From positions 6,521 to 70,520 of the forward strand of contig CAYVHU010000014.1 in NCBI GenBank assembly GCA_964451415.1: DNA of 64,000 nt, in the 5' to 3' direction. Positions 54,860 through 64,000 of this stretch are shown in pieces. Both the position numbers and the translations under genes were made by a program. The stretch is from an uncultured Magnetovibrio sp. (lineage in GTDB: Bacteria > Pseudomonadota > Alphaproteobacteria > Rhodospirillales > Magnetovibrionaceae). The notes beneath the pieces are model-generated. The model searched no databases. It was not told the origin of the DNA and worked only from the letters and a program-made list of their open reading frames with translations. The stretch's first letter is position 1. Each line of letters opens with the position of its first letter.

Positions 54860-55923
54860 AGATTTGCGCGCTTGGTGCTGCCACAAGTGCGCATGTCATG
54901 GCGCGTGCGGCCGTTTTTCGCGAATTCGGCCATGAGGTTACGGTCATTTCGCCGTGTGAGGTGCATGATAATCATGGCCTGCAAACGATTGCGTGTCCGC
55001 GCGCAGGGCGTGGCCGTGCGGCGTGGTTGTGGTCCGTTATTCAGGCGGTGCGCGGTGTTCATGCCGATGTCTATCATGCCCATTACGCCGCTGAGTTGAC
55101 GACGTGGGCGTGCTGGGTATTGCGCAAGCGTCCGTTGGTGATCACGGTGATGGGGGGCGACGTTTTGTTCGACGAGCAGGGCAGCCTCGGCTTCGTGGGC
55201 CGCTGGCTCACCCGGCGCGCGTTGAAAAGTGCCGATCTGGTCACGGTGAAGTCTGCGCTGCTGGGCGATGTGGTGGCGGGCTTCGGCGTGGCCCGCGAAC
55301 GTATCATGGACGTGGTGTGGGGCGTGGACGCGCGGGTTTTCAAGCCTGACGCCGAAGGGGCCTTGGCGCGCCGTGCGGACTGGGGATGTCGCGTGCAAGA
55401 CAGGGTCCTGTTCAGCCCGCGCATGCTGAAGCCCCTGTACAATCAGGTGCTGATGGTCGAAGCGCTGGCGCATATTCCAGATGCCAAACTGGTGCTGAGT
55501 ACCTACAATGAAGACCCGATCTATCGTGCCGAGGTCGAAGCGAAGGCACGCGATTTGAATGTGGGGGACCGCGTCGTCTTTGTGCCCGCCGTGGAGCCGG
55601 GCGAGATGGCGGCGAGTTACAGTGCTGCCGATGTGGTGTTGAGCCTGCCGCCCAGCGACGGCACGCCCCAGTCGGTGATGGAGGCCATGGCCTGCGCCAC
55701 GCCGGTGGTGATGACGGACCTGGAGCGCTTCAAGCCGTTTTTTACCCATAATCAGACCGTCTGGTTCACGGCCCTGAAGGCGCAAAGCGTCGCTGCCGCC
55801 GTGGCGGCGCTTCTGGCGGAAGACGGTGCGCGCGTGGCGGTGGCGGCGCGAGAACTGGTGCGTGAGCACGCTGATTTTGAAACCCAGGCGTGCGCCCTTG
55901 AGCGGCGTCTGGCGGACCTTTAG
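54856..55923 (+). CDS. GT4-type (GT-B) glycosyltransferase
   Basis: 'MKICALGAATSAHVMARA', 'HAHYAAE' and 'DGTPQSVMEAMACATPVVMTD' (E-x7-E region). ATG 54856 overlaps the asnB stop (ATGA). Confidence 0.8.
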   Translation: MKICALGAATSAHVMARAAVFREFGHEVTVISPCEVHDNHGLQTIACPRAGRGRAAWLWSVIQAVRGVHADVYHAHYAAELTTWACWVLRKRPLVITVMGGDVLFDEQGSLGFVGRWLTRRALKSADLVTVKSALLGDVVAGFGVARERIMDVVWGVDARVFKPDAEGALARRADWGCRVQDRVLFSPRMLKPLYNQVLMVEALAHIPDAKLVLSTYNEDPIYRAEVEAKARDLNVGDRVVFVPAVEPGEMAASYSAADVVLSLPPSDGTPQSVMEAMACATPVVMTDLERFKPFFTHNQTVWFTALKAQSVAAAVAALLAEDGARVAVAARELVREHADFETQACALERRLADL

Positions 55924-55925
55924 CC

Positions 55926-57784
55926 ATGTGCGGGATCGCGGGGATCATCAATCCGCCGGGCAAGGCGGTGGCGGCATTGGACATCCAGATGATGTCAACC
56001 GCCATGGAACATCGCGGGCCGGACGATCTGGGCTTTTTGGGTTGGCGCGAAGGTGGCTCTGTCAGGATCGAGCGCGAGGCTCTTCGCGCCGTAGATGCTG
56101 CGCAACTGGCGGTTGCCCATCGTAGGCTATCCATTATCGACGAAGGGGCAGGCGGCTGGCAGCCCATGGCCACGGCGGACGGGCGTTTCGCCATCACCTT
56201 CGTTTCCGCATCCGATACCGAAGTCCTGTTGGCGGCCCTGTCCCACTGGGGTGTGGAAAAGACGCTGCCGAAACTCACCGGCATGTTCGCCTTTGCCGTG
56301 CTGGATACCCGGGCGCGCACCGTGACGCTGGCGCGCGATCCCTTTGGCATCGAGCCGTTGAGCTATGCGTGTGTCAAGGGTGGTCTGGCGTTTGCCTCGG
56401 AACTGACCGGGTTGCTGATGCTGGCGGGGGTGGGGCGCGTGGTCGAGTCATCGGCTCTTTACGATTATCTGCGTTTCGGTTTTACTGACCGGGGCGAACG
56501 CACGTTGTTCGCCGTCATCAAACATCTGCCGCCCGCGCATTTTGCGGTTGTCGATCTGGACCATCCCCAGGTCGTTTGTCCGCAGCGCAATTGGACGGTC
56601 TGATTCAGACTCAGGGTGAGCCGTTCGGTTCCACGTCTATTTTTGCTCAAAATCGGGTGTTTAAGCTGGCCGCCGCCGCCGGCATCAAGGTGACGCTGGA
56701 CGGGCAGGGGGCCGACGAAATTCTGGCGGTCTATATGTCGTTTCTGGCGGCAAGGCTGGCGAGTATGATCATGTCCGGTCACTGGGGACGCGGGATCAGG
56801 CTTTTCGGGGCGCTGGATGGCAAAACAGGAATGGCTTTGCGCGCCATGCGCTTTATTCTGCCGCAAGCTCTGCAAGATCCGGCACGCCGTCTGATCGGTG
56901 AGGGACTGGTTCCGTCATGGGTGAACGGTGCGTGGTTCGCCCGCCATGGTGTCGAACCCGAAGCCCCGCAAAAGCCGGTATCGGGAGACATCTTGCGTCA
57001 TGAGCTGCGCGAAAGCCTTACCGATCGCATTCTTCCCTCCTTGCTGCGCTATCAGGATCGAAATTCGATGGCTCTCTCCGTGGAAAGCCGGGTTCCTTTT
57101 TTAACGACCAGTCTGGTTGATTTTCTATATGCGCTTCCTGAAGAATATTTAATTTCGGATACGGGGGAAACGAAGCCCGTCTTTTGTGCTGCCATGCGCG
57201 GCCTTGTGCCGGATGCGATTTTGGACCGGCGTGACAAAATCGGGTTCGCCACACCGCAAAAGGCGTGGCTGAGCGAGGCCGGGACATGGTTGGACGATGC
57301 GGCGTGGCCCACCGCCGTGCACGCGGTGTTCGCAGGCGACGGGGTGGAACGCCCGGCGGTGGAAGCGACGGCCAAACGTCTGGACCACGTCCACTTTTTG
57401 GGTCGTGTGCCCTATGATATGCTGCCCGCCATTGCGGCGCGCGCGGTGGGCTCGTTCGTGTGTACGGAAAATCTTCAAAGTCGGGCATCAAGCGGTCTGG
57501 CGCCGTTGAAGCTTTTTGAAAGTCTGGCCTGCGGATTGCCGGTGATCGCCATCGATCAGCCGTTTCAAGCCGATGTGGTCCGTGATGCGAAATGTGGTCT
57601 GGTGATCGAAGCGGGCGATTCGCATGCGCTTGCCGGTGCGGTGGTGCAGTTGACGGACCGTCCGCAAGAACGCCATAAAATGGCTGAAAATGCGCGCGCG
57701 GTGGCGCTTGAAGACCATTCCTGGGCGGCGCGCGCGCGCGAAACGCAAAACGTTCTTTTGCGTGTCCTGAAACACGATGCATAA
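55926..57784 (+). pseudogene. eroded mosaic: asparagine-synthase-like N-terminus, then (after a frameshift) the synthetase C-terminal part lacking the PP-loop, fused to a GT4 C-terminal fragment
   Basis: Track ORFs 55926..56603 ('MCGIAGII...' but 'FAITFVSASDTEV' lacks the NGEIYN segment) and 56576..57784 ('GEPFGSTSIFAQNRVFKLAAAAGIKVTLDGQGADE', 'YQDRNSMALSVESRVPFL', then 'HFLGRVPYDML...LKLFESLACGLPVIA...GLVIEAGD'). There is no SGGxDS loop anywhere. Confidence 0.55.
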
Positions 57785-57813
57785 TCGCTTATCAAAATTT
57801 AGGAAGTGAGAGA

Positions 57814-58755
57814 ATGAAGAAATTTGCTTTGATCGGTGCGGCGGGCTACGTCGCGCCGCGCCACATGAAGGCCATCAAAAGCGTCGGTGGCGATCTGGTT
57901 GCGGCGTTCGATCCCGCCGACAGCGTGGGCGTGATCGACAGCCATTTTCCGGATGCGCGCTTTTTTACCGAGTTTGAGCGTTTCGATCGCCACATCGACA
58001 AGATCGCCCGCCAGGGCAAGGGCGTTGATTATGTGAGCATCTGTTCACCCAACTACCTGCACGATGCCCACGCGCGGTTTGGTTTGCGCTCAGGTGCGGA
58101 CGTGATCTGCGAAAAACCGCTGGTGTTGAACCCGTGGAATCTGGACGGTCTGGCGGAGATGGAGCAACACACCGGCAAACGCCTGTACACCATTTTGCAG
58201 TTGCGTTTGCACCCGGCCATTCTGGCCTTGAAAGCACGCATCGACGCGCTGCCCGCCGATCAGGTATTTGAAGTGGATCTGACCTACATCACCTCGCGCG
58301 GGGCGTGGTACTTCGTGTCGTGGAAGGGGGACGAGGCCAAGTCCGGCGGCATCGCCACCAATATCGGCGTGCATTTCTACGACATGCTGGCGTTCGTGTT
58401 CGGTGATTTGCAAACCAGTCACGTGCATTTGCGCACGCCCGCCCACGCGGCGGGCTATCTGGAATTCAAACGCGCTCGTGTGCGCTGGTTCCTGTCAGTG
58501 GATCGCAACGATCTGCCCGCGCACACACCCGAAGGCCAGACCACCTATCGTTCCATCACCGTGGACGGGGACGAAGTGGAATTTTCCGGCGGCTTCACCG
58601 ACCTGCACACTTTGAGCTACCAAGACGTGTTGGACGGTGGCGGTTTCGGCATCGACGTGGTGCGCCCGTCCATTGAACTGGTATCGAAAATCCGCACCTG
58701 CGATGTGGAACCGGGTCGTGGCGAAATGCATCCCTTTGCTCAGGGCAAGGCTTAA
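57814..58755 (+). CDS. wbpB: Gfo/Idh/MocA oxidoreductase, WbpB-like (UDP-2-acetamido-2-deoxy-glucuronate 3-dehydrogenase type)
   Basis: 'MKKFALIGAAGYVAPRHMKAIKSVGGDLVAAFDPADSVGVIDSHFPDARFFTEFERFDRH' and 'CEKPLVLN'. Confidence 0.8.
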   Translation: MKKFALIGAAGYVAPRHMKAIKSVGGDLVAAFDPADSVGVIDSHFPDARFFTEFERFDRHIDKIARQGKGVDYVSICSPNYLHDAHARFGLRSGADVICEKPLVLNPWNLDGLAEMEQHTGKRLYTILQLRLHPAILALKARIDALPADQVFEVDLTYITSRGAWYFVSWKGDEAKSGGIATNIGVHFYDMLAFVFGDLQTSHVHLRTPAHAAGYLEFKRARVRWFLSVDRNDLPAHTPEGQTTYRSITVDGDEVEFSGGFTDLHTLSYQDVLDGGGFGIDVVRPSIELVSKIRTCDVEPGRGEMHPFAQGKA

Positions 58756-58758
58756 GCG

Positions 58759-59343
58759 GTGGGTCGCGCACCGCACATCGAAGGCGTGAGCATTCACGAA
58801 AGCGCCTATGTCGATGAGCCGTGTGAAATTGGCCAAGGCACCAAAATCTGGCACTTCTCCCACGTGTTGGCGGATACAAAAATCGGCGAAAACTGTGTAT
58901 TGGGGCAAAACGTGGTGGTCGGGCCGGATGTTTCTATCGGCAACCACGTCAAGATCCAGAACAACGTCAGCATCTACAAGGGCGTGACCTTGGAAGACGG
59001 CGTGTTTTGCGGACCGTCGTGCGTGTTCACCAACGTCAACAATCCGCGTGCGGAAATCTCGCGCAAGGATGAATTTCGCGACACGTATGTCAGGCGCGGC
59101 GCCACCATCGGCGCCAACGCCACCATCGTGTGCGGGCATACACTGGGGGCGTATTGTTTTATCGCCGCCGGTGCGGTGGTGGCGTGCGATGTCCCCGACT
59201 ATGCCCTGATGGCCGGTGTTCCGGCGCGACGCATCGGCTGGATGAGCCGCGCGGGTGTGAAGCTGGGCATTGATCTGGTGTGCCCGAGAGAGGGCACGCG
59301 CTACCGTTTGAACGGCGCGGGTGTGTTGGAGCTGGTGGAATAA
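58759..59343 (+). CDS. wbpD: hexapeptide-repeat N-acetyltransferase, WbpD-like
   Basis: '[62 protein letters not shown]'. Confidence 0.8.
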   Translation: MGRAPHIEGVSIHESAYVDEPCEIGQGTKIWHFSHVLADTKIGENCVLGQNVVVGPDVSIGNHVKIQNNVSIYKGVTLEDGVFCGPSCVFTNVNNPRAEISRKDEFRDTYVRRGATIGANATIVCGHTLGAYCFIAAGAVVACDVPDYALMAGVPARRIGWMSRAGVKLGIDLVCPREGTRYRLNGAGVLELVE

Positions 59344-60480
59344 ATGGCCATTCCTTTTATTGATTTACAGGCCCAGCGCCGCGCCCTGGGCAGCGAACTG
59401 AATGAGGCTATCGCACGGGTTCTGGCGCGCGGTGATTTCATTCAAGGTCATGAAGTGCGTGAATTCGAACGCGCCTTGGCGGACTTTACAGGGGCCGTCC
59501 ATGTGGTGAGCTGCGCCAACGGCACCGATGCCTTGAGCCTGGTCGGTATGGCCGAAGATGTGGGGGCCGGGGACGCGGTATTCGTGCCCGCGTTTACCTT
59601 TGTCGCCACAGCCGAGGCCTTTGCGCTTCTGGGTGCGACACCGTATTTCGTGGATGTGGACGCGCGGACCTTCAACATGGATGTCGAGAGCCTTAAGGCG
59701 GGCATTGCGGACGCGCGGACCCGGGGCCTCACCCCTAAAATGGTAGTCGCGGTTGATCTGTTCGGTCAGCCTGCGGACTATGAAGCCATTGCCCCCGTGG
59801 TGCGTGAAAACGACATGGTGCTGGTCGCCGACGCCGCCCAGGCGCTGGGTGCGGCCCAGGCGCTGGGGGGCTCACTCCATGGCAAGAAAGTGGGGACGCT
59901 GGCGGATTACACCACCACCAGCTTTTTTCCCGCCAAGCCGCTGGGATGTTACGGCGACGGCGGCGCGGTGCTGTGCGCGGATGGGGACAAGGCGGCGCTG
60001 ATCAAGTCCCTCACCCAGCACGGCAAGGGCAGGGAAAAGTACGACAACGTGCGCATCGGCATGAACAGCCGCTTGGATACGCTGCAAGGCGCGATTTTGA
60101 TGGAAAAGCTGAAGATTTACGAAACCGAAGTGGCGGCGCGAAACGCAAGCGCCGCGCGCTATACCCAGGCGCTCAGGGATGTTGTCGAGACACCTGTTGT
60201 GCGGGACGGGGCGACGTCGTGCTGGGCGCAGTACACCTTGAAGCTTGAGAATCGCGACGCCGTACGGGCGCACTTGAAAGACGCCGGCGTCCCCAGTGCG
60301 GTGTACTACCCCATGCCCCTCAACCGACAGGGCGGCTATGCCGATTGTCCATCTGTTCCCGGCGGCGTGGCGGTGTCGGAGGCCCTGTCCCAACAGGTCC
60401 TGAGCCTGCCCATGCACGCCTATCTGGACACTCCCACACAGAACATTATCATTGAGGCCGTGAAGGCAATGCTTAAATGA
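59344..60480 (+). CDS. wbpE: DegT-family aminotransferase, WbpE-like
   Basis: 'IPFIDLQAQRRALGSELNEAIARVL', 'CANGTDAL' and 'TSFFPAKPLGCYGDGGAV'. Confidence 0.85.
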   Translation: MAIPFIDLQAQRRALGSELNEAIARVLARGDFIQGHEVREFERALADFTGAVHVVSCANGTDALSLVGMAEDVGAGDAVFVPAFTFVATAEAFALLGATPYFVDVDARTFNMDVESLKAGIADARTRGLTPKMVVAVDLFGQPADYEAIAPVVRENDMVLVADAAQALGAAQALGGSLHGKKVGTLADYTTTSFFPAKPLGCYGDGGAVLCADGDKAALIKSLTQHGKGREKYDNVRIGMNSRLDTLQGAILMEKLKIYETEVAARNASAARYTQALRDVVETPVVRDGATSCWAQYTLKLENRDAVRAHLKDAGVPSAVYYPMPLNRQGGYADCPSVPGGVAVSEALSQQVLSLPMHAYLDTPTQNIIIEAVKAMLK

Positions 60481-60512
60481 AAGTGAAATGCGCAATCCGG
60501 TGAGGACATAGG

Positions 60513-63500
60513 ATGCAGTTCATCAAAAACGGCCCGGATATTCCCGAACGCTTACTACAAGCGCATGAAGAGGGGCGCGTGGTGTTTTTTTGTGGTGCTG
60601 GCATTTCTTACCCAGCCGGGTTGCCAGACTTCGAGAAACTTGTAAAACAGATATTTAAGTTTCTTGAAATGACACCCGATGCTGTGCAGAACACAGCAAC
60701 CAAGGCCAAGCAATTCGATACAGCTATTAACCTTCTGGAATCCAACATCATTGGCGGGCGTGAGGCCGTGCGCAATGCCTTGGCAAATATCTTGACCCCT
60801 GACCTTGGCAAGCGGGATGCTACAGCGACACATGATGCATTGTTGACGTTAGGAAGGAACCGTGAAAGGCAAACGCGCCTGATCACCACCAACTTTGACC
60901 GGCTGTTTGAGACGGTGATTGTAAACAAAGAACTGTCGGTTGAACGTTTTCGCGCCCCGTTGCTACCGGTTCCAAAAAAACGCTGGGATGGGCTTGTTTA
61001 CCTGCATGGTCTGCTGACAGAAACACCAACTTCAAATGACCTGGATCGTCTGGTTCTGTCCAGCGGCGACTTTGGCCTAGCATACCTTACCGAACGCTGG
61101 GCATCCCGCTTCGTCAGTGAACTGTTTCGTAACTACATTGTTTGTTTTGTCGGTTACAGTATCAACGACCCAGTTCTGCGATACATGATGGACGCGCTCG
61201 CTGCCGACCTTTTGTTGGGTGAGAGCCCACCGGAAATGTTTGCATTCGGTAGCTATTCCAAGGGCAAGGAAGAGAAATGCACCAACGAATGGCAAGCCAA
61301 GAATGTGACACCCATTCTCTATCGCGAACACAAGCGTCATGCATACTTGCACAAGACCTTGAGAACCTGGGCCGAGATTTATCGTGATGGTATTCGCGGC
61401 AAGGAACGCATCGTCGTCGAAAGTGCCATGGCTCGCCCTTTGGCGAGCACCAAGCAGGACGATTTTGTAGGTCGTCTCCTTTGGGCAATAAGCGATCCCC
61501 AAGGTCTACCGGCCAAGCGCTTTGCAGAGCATAATCCAGTGCCTTCTCTGGATTGGCTGGAACCATTGAGTGAAAACCGTTATGGACATGCCGACCTGCG
61601 CCGTTTTGGCGTGACGCCAAGGCCCGCTCAAGACGATAAACTTTCATTCAGTCTTACTTGTAGGCCGCTGCCCTACGACCTAGCCCCACGGATGGCTCTT
61701 GTCGGTGTTGGTGTATACAGCACACTATGGGACAAAGTGATGCTGCAGCTTGCCCAATGGTTGGTGCGGCATCTTGGTGATCCGGCCCTCCTGCTATGGT
61801 TGGTTAAGCGTGGTGGTCAGTTGCACGAAGACCTAATCCGGTTAATCAAAGGTGAGCTGAGCAAGTTAACCAAGCTCGAACGCGATGGCGACACGGGTGA
61901 ATTGAACCGGACCCGCGCCAACGCTCCGAATGCTATTCCGGACTCAAACATGCGAACGCTTTGGCGTTTGCTACTGTCCGGGCGTGTGAAATCATTTGCG
62001 TACAAAAATGATCTCTATTCGTGGTGTGACAGCTTCAAGCGCGACAGCCTGACAACCACCTTGCGCTTAGAACTTCGCAAAATACTGACTCCTCGCGTGT
62101 TACTGCGCGAACCGTTTTTCGGATCAGAGGGGAACGGCGAAAATGGCGATCCACAACACGTAGAGGACATCGTCGATTGGGATGTCGTGCTATTCACGGA
62201 CCATGTTCATTCTGGCCTATCCAATCTAACAAATGATCAGGGCTGGGCTGATGTTCTCCCCGACCTATTGCCTGACTTTGGCTCGCTGCTACGTGATGCT
62301 CTCGACCTCAAGCGGGAACTCGGAGGGGCTGACGATAAAAGAGATTTGTCCTACATAAATCAGCCTTCAATCAGCCAGCATGCGCAAAATAGTAACTTTC
62401 GCGACTGGACGGCTCTTATTGAACTGACGCGTGACGCCTGGTTGGCAACATTAGCCAAATCTCCTGAACGAGCCCGTCTTACAGCCGAATCCTGGTGGTT
62501 CGTGCCCTATCCTTTATTCCGGCGTTTAGCGTTTTTTGCTGCGACACAAGAATCCGTCATCCCTACTCACCAAGCACTCGACTGGTTGCTAAACGACGAT
62601 CATTGGTGGCTTTGGTCGACTGAAACCAAACATGAAGCTCTACGTCTTCTGATCTTCTTGGCACCGAAAATAGATCAGACTGATCGGGATAGACTCGTGC
62701 AAGCTATCTTAGGCGGCCCCCCGCGCGCCATGTTTGAGAAGGACATTGAGACCGAGAATTTGAACCAAATAATGGAACGAGATATTTGGTTGCGTCTTGC
62801 CAAAATGGAAAATATCGGATCAATGTTAAATATTGCCGGGAAAAAGCGCCTGGACGAACTTTCAATCAAATATCCACAATGGAAACTTGCTAAAGACGAG
62901 CAGGACGAATTCCCGTACTGGCGTGATGATGGTAATGAATGGCGAAAATTTGTTGCCACGCCGCGTCTTCGTCGCGATCTGATCGAATGGCTCAAGCAAC
63001 ATCCCAGCGCGGATCCTTGGCACGGTGATGATTGGCAAAAACGCTGCCGAGACGACTTTGCCACCACAGCATGTGCCTTGCGTGCGCTAGCCAATGAGAA
63101 AAAGTGGTCTGAAGACCGGTGGCGCAAAGCATTGCAAGCTTGGTCAGAGGAAAAACTAATCAAGCGCGCGTGGCGTTACATGGCACCAGTGGTCGTTGAT
63201 ATTCCTGACGAGGTGTTGCAAGAGCTCGCCCACGCTATCAGTCGGTGGCTGCAAAGCATCTCCAAGATTTTAGACTGCCATGACGCCCTCTTTTTTAACC
63301 TTGCTCACCGTATCCTGTCGTTGGATCATCAAGATGGGACCGACACCGACGATCCCGTAACACGCGCCATTAACCACCCCGTAGGCCATGTGACAGAGGC
63401 ATTGCTGAACTGGTGGTATCAAAAAAAACCGGAAGATGAGCAAGGCTTGCCTGACGAGATCAGGCCAATTTTAACCGAACTTTGTGATACACAATCCGAC

Positions 63501-64000
63501 AAGTTCAGACATGGCCGAGTATTGCTGGCGGCGCATGCGATCTTCTTGTTTCGCGTTGACAGGCAATGGACTGAAGAATACCTGTTGCCACTGTTTGACT
63601 GGAATCGCTCCGTGGATGAGGCCCGTGCCGCATGGGAAGGGTTTCTCTGGTCGTCACGCTTTTATGGTCCTTTAATGGAAGCGATCAAGCCCGCCTTCCT
63701 CGACACCGCACAACATTATACATCTTTCAGTAAACATAACGAACAGTACGCTGACTTCCTGACATTTTCTGCACTTGAGCACAGAGACATCTTTACAATC
63801 ACAGAATTGGCCAGTGCTACCCGCGCATTGCCGTCAGACGGTCTTATAAAAGCCGTTCAGGTTCTGGTTTGTACTCTCGAAGAAGCGGGGGGGCAGCGTT
63901 CCAACTATTGGAAAAATAGGATTGTTCCCTATCTCAATAAGATTTGGCCAAAGGCGCGGGACCGCAAATCGCCGGCTATTGCGGAAAGTCTTGGGCGCTT
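60513..64000 (+). CDS. very large SIR2-domain (SIR2_2-type) protein, 3' end outside the window (more than 1,162 codons). Candidate sirtuin-type NADase defence effector (DSR-like).
   Basis: Not in the supplied ORF track because it has no stop in the window. I translated the frame by hand from ATG 60513 (GAGGA 7 nt upstream) to 64000 and saw no stop. N-terminus: 'RVVFFCGAGISYPAGLPDFEKL', 'RLITTNFDRLFE', 'WDGLVYLHGL', 'LVLSSGDFGLAY' and 'FVGYSINDPVL'. This matches the GAG / TTN.D / H-G / G-Y-S pattern of the SIR2_2 family and is followed by about 900 aa of W-rich, helical-looking sequence. Confidence 0.65.
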   Translation, partial: MQFIKNGPDIPERLLQAHEEGRVVFFCGAGISYPAGLPDFEKLVKQIFKFLEMTPDAVQNTATKAKQFDTAINLLESNIIGGREAVRNALANILTPDLGKRDATATHDALLTLGRNRERQTRLITTNFDRLFETVIVNKELSVERFRAPLLPVPKKRWDGLVYLHGLLTETPTSNDLDRLVLSSGDFGLAYLTERWASRFVSELFRNYIVCFVGYSINDPVLRYMMDALAADLLLGESPPEMFAFGSYSKGKEEKCTNEWQAKNVTPILYREHKRHAYLHKTLRTWAEIYRDGIRGKERIVVESAMARPLASTKQDDFVGRLLWAISDPQGLPAKRFAEHNPVPSLDWLEPLSENRYGHADLRRFGVTPRPAQDDKLSFSLTCRPLPYDLAPRMALVGVGVYSTLWDKVMLQLAQWLVRHLGDPALLLWLVKRGGQLHEDLIRLIKGELSKLTKLERDGDTGELNRTRANAPNAIPDSNMRTLWRLLLSGRVKSFAYKNDLYSWCDSFKRDSLTTTLRLELRKILTPRVLLREPFFGSEGNGENGDPQHVEDIVDWDVVLFTDHVHSGLSNLTNDQGWADVLPDLLPDFGSLLRDALDLKRELGGADDKRDLSYINQPSISQHAQNSNFRDWTALIELTRDAWLATLAKSPERARLTAESWWFVPYPLFRRLAFFAATQESVIPTHQALDWLLNDDHWWLWSTETKHEALRLLIFLAPKIDQTDRDRLVQAILGGPPRAMFEKDIETENLNQIMERDIWLRLAKMENIGSMLNIAGKKRLDELSIKYPQWKLAKDEQDEFPYWRDDGNEWRKFVATPRLRRDLIEWLKQHPSADPWHGDDWQKRCRDDFATTACALRALANEKKWSEDRWRKALQAWSEEKLIKRAWRYMAPVVVDIPDEVLQELAHAISRWLQSISKILDCHDALFFNLAHRILSLDHQDGTDTDDPVTRAINHPVGHVTEALLNWWYQKKPEDEQGLPDEIRPILTELCDTQSDKFRHGRVLLAAHAIFLFRVDRQWTEEYLLPLFDWNRSVDEARAAWEGFLWSSRFYGPLMEAIKPAFLDTAQHYTSFSKHNEQYADFLTFSALEHRDIFTITELASATRALPSDGLIKAVQVLVCTLEEAGGQRSNYWKNRIVPYLNKIWPKARDRKSPAIAESLGR

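Noticed and set aside
1-64000. A search for CRISPR arrays, tRNA/rRNA genes, IS elements/transposases, toxin-antitoxin pairs and prophage genes.
   Set aside because: I saw no short regularly spaced repeats, cloverleaf-like GC-rich 75-nt segments in intergenic gaps, DDE/HUH transposase motifs or phage structural genes. The intergenic space is minimal throughout.

Overview
This looks like a GC-rich proteobacterial chromosome, probably an alphaproteobacterium (inferred from gene content only). Three housekeeping-type genes (a conserved hypothetical, xerD, accA) are followed by a surface-glycan biosynthesis super-island of about 56 kb (about 3.4-60.5 kb). I saw no rRNA, tRNA, CRISPR array, transposase or phage genes.

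The island is almost entirely co-directional on the + strand, and many gene junctions overlap (ATGA/GTGA type). In order, it contains:
- a wHTH regulator and an RfaH/NusG-like antiterminator, followed by an 11/12 ops-like element
- a legionaminic/neuraminic-type nonulosonic acid (NulO) cluster
- an AT-richer tailoring module rich in radical-SAM enzymes, including a KamA-like aminomutase
- a pseudaminic acid cluster (pseB, pseC, a pseG-pseH fusion, pseI) with an MsbA-like ABC exporter
- a WbpG/HisH/HisF-type amidotransferase cassette bracketed by a diverged direct repeat of about 1.1 kb that duplicates an SpsF-type cytidylyltransferase
- a second radical-SAM/methyltransferase module
- a CDP-6-deoxyhexose pathway (rfbF, rfbG and partners)
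- asparagine-synthase-like amidotransferases, glycosyltransferases and wbpB/wbpD/wbpE

Most notable observations:
- Two paralogous sets of B12-radical-SAM + radical-SAM/SPASM + methyltransferase sit inside a NulO locus.
- A G9 homopolymer coincides exactly with a frameshift in one B12-radical-SAM gene. This is either a candidate phase-variation switch or a sequencing error.
- Several gene remnants and mosaics mark past recombination.
- Twin palindromes flank a promoter-like element upstream of the regulator.
- A SIR2-domain ORF of more than 1,160 codons (60513 to the window end) is absent from the supplied ORF track because it has no stop in the window. It resembles sirtuin-type anti-phage effectors.

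All functional calls come from motif recognition by eye. No searches were run.
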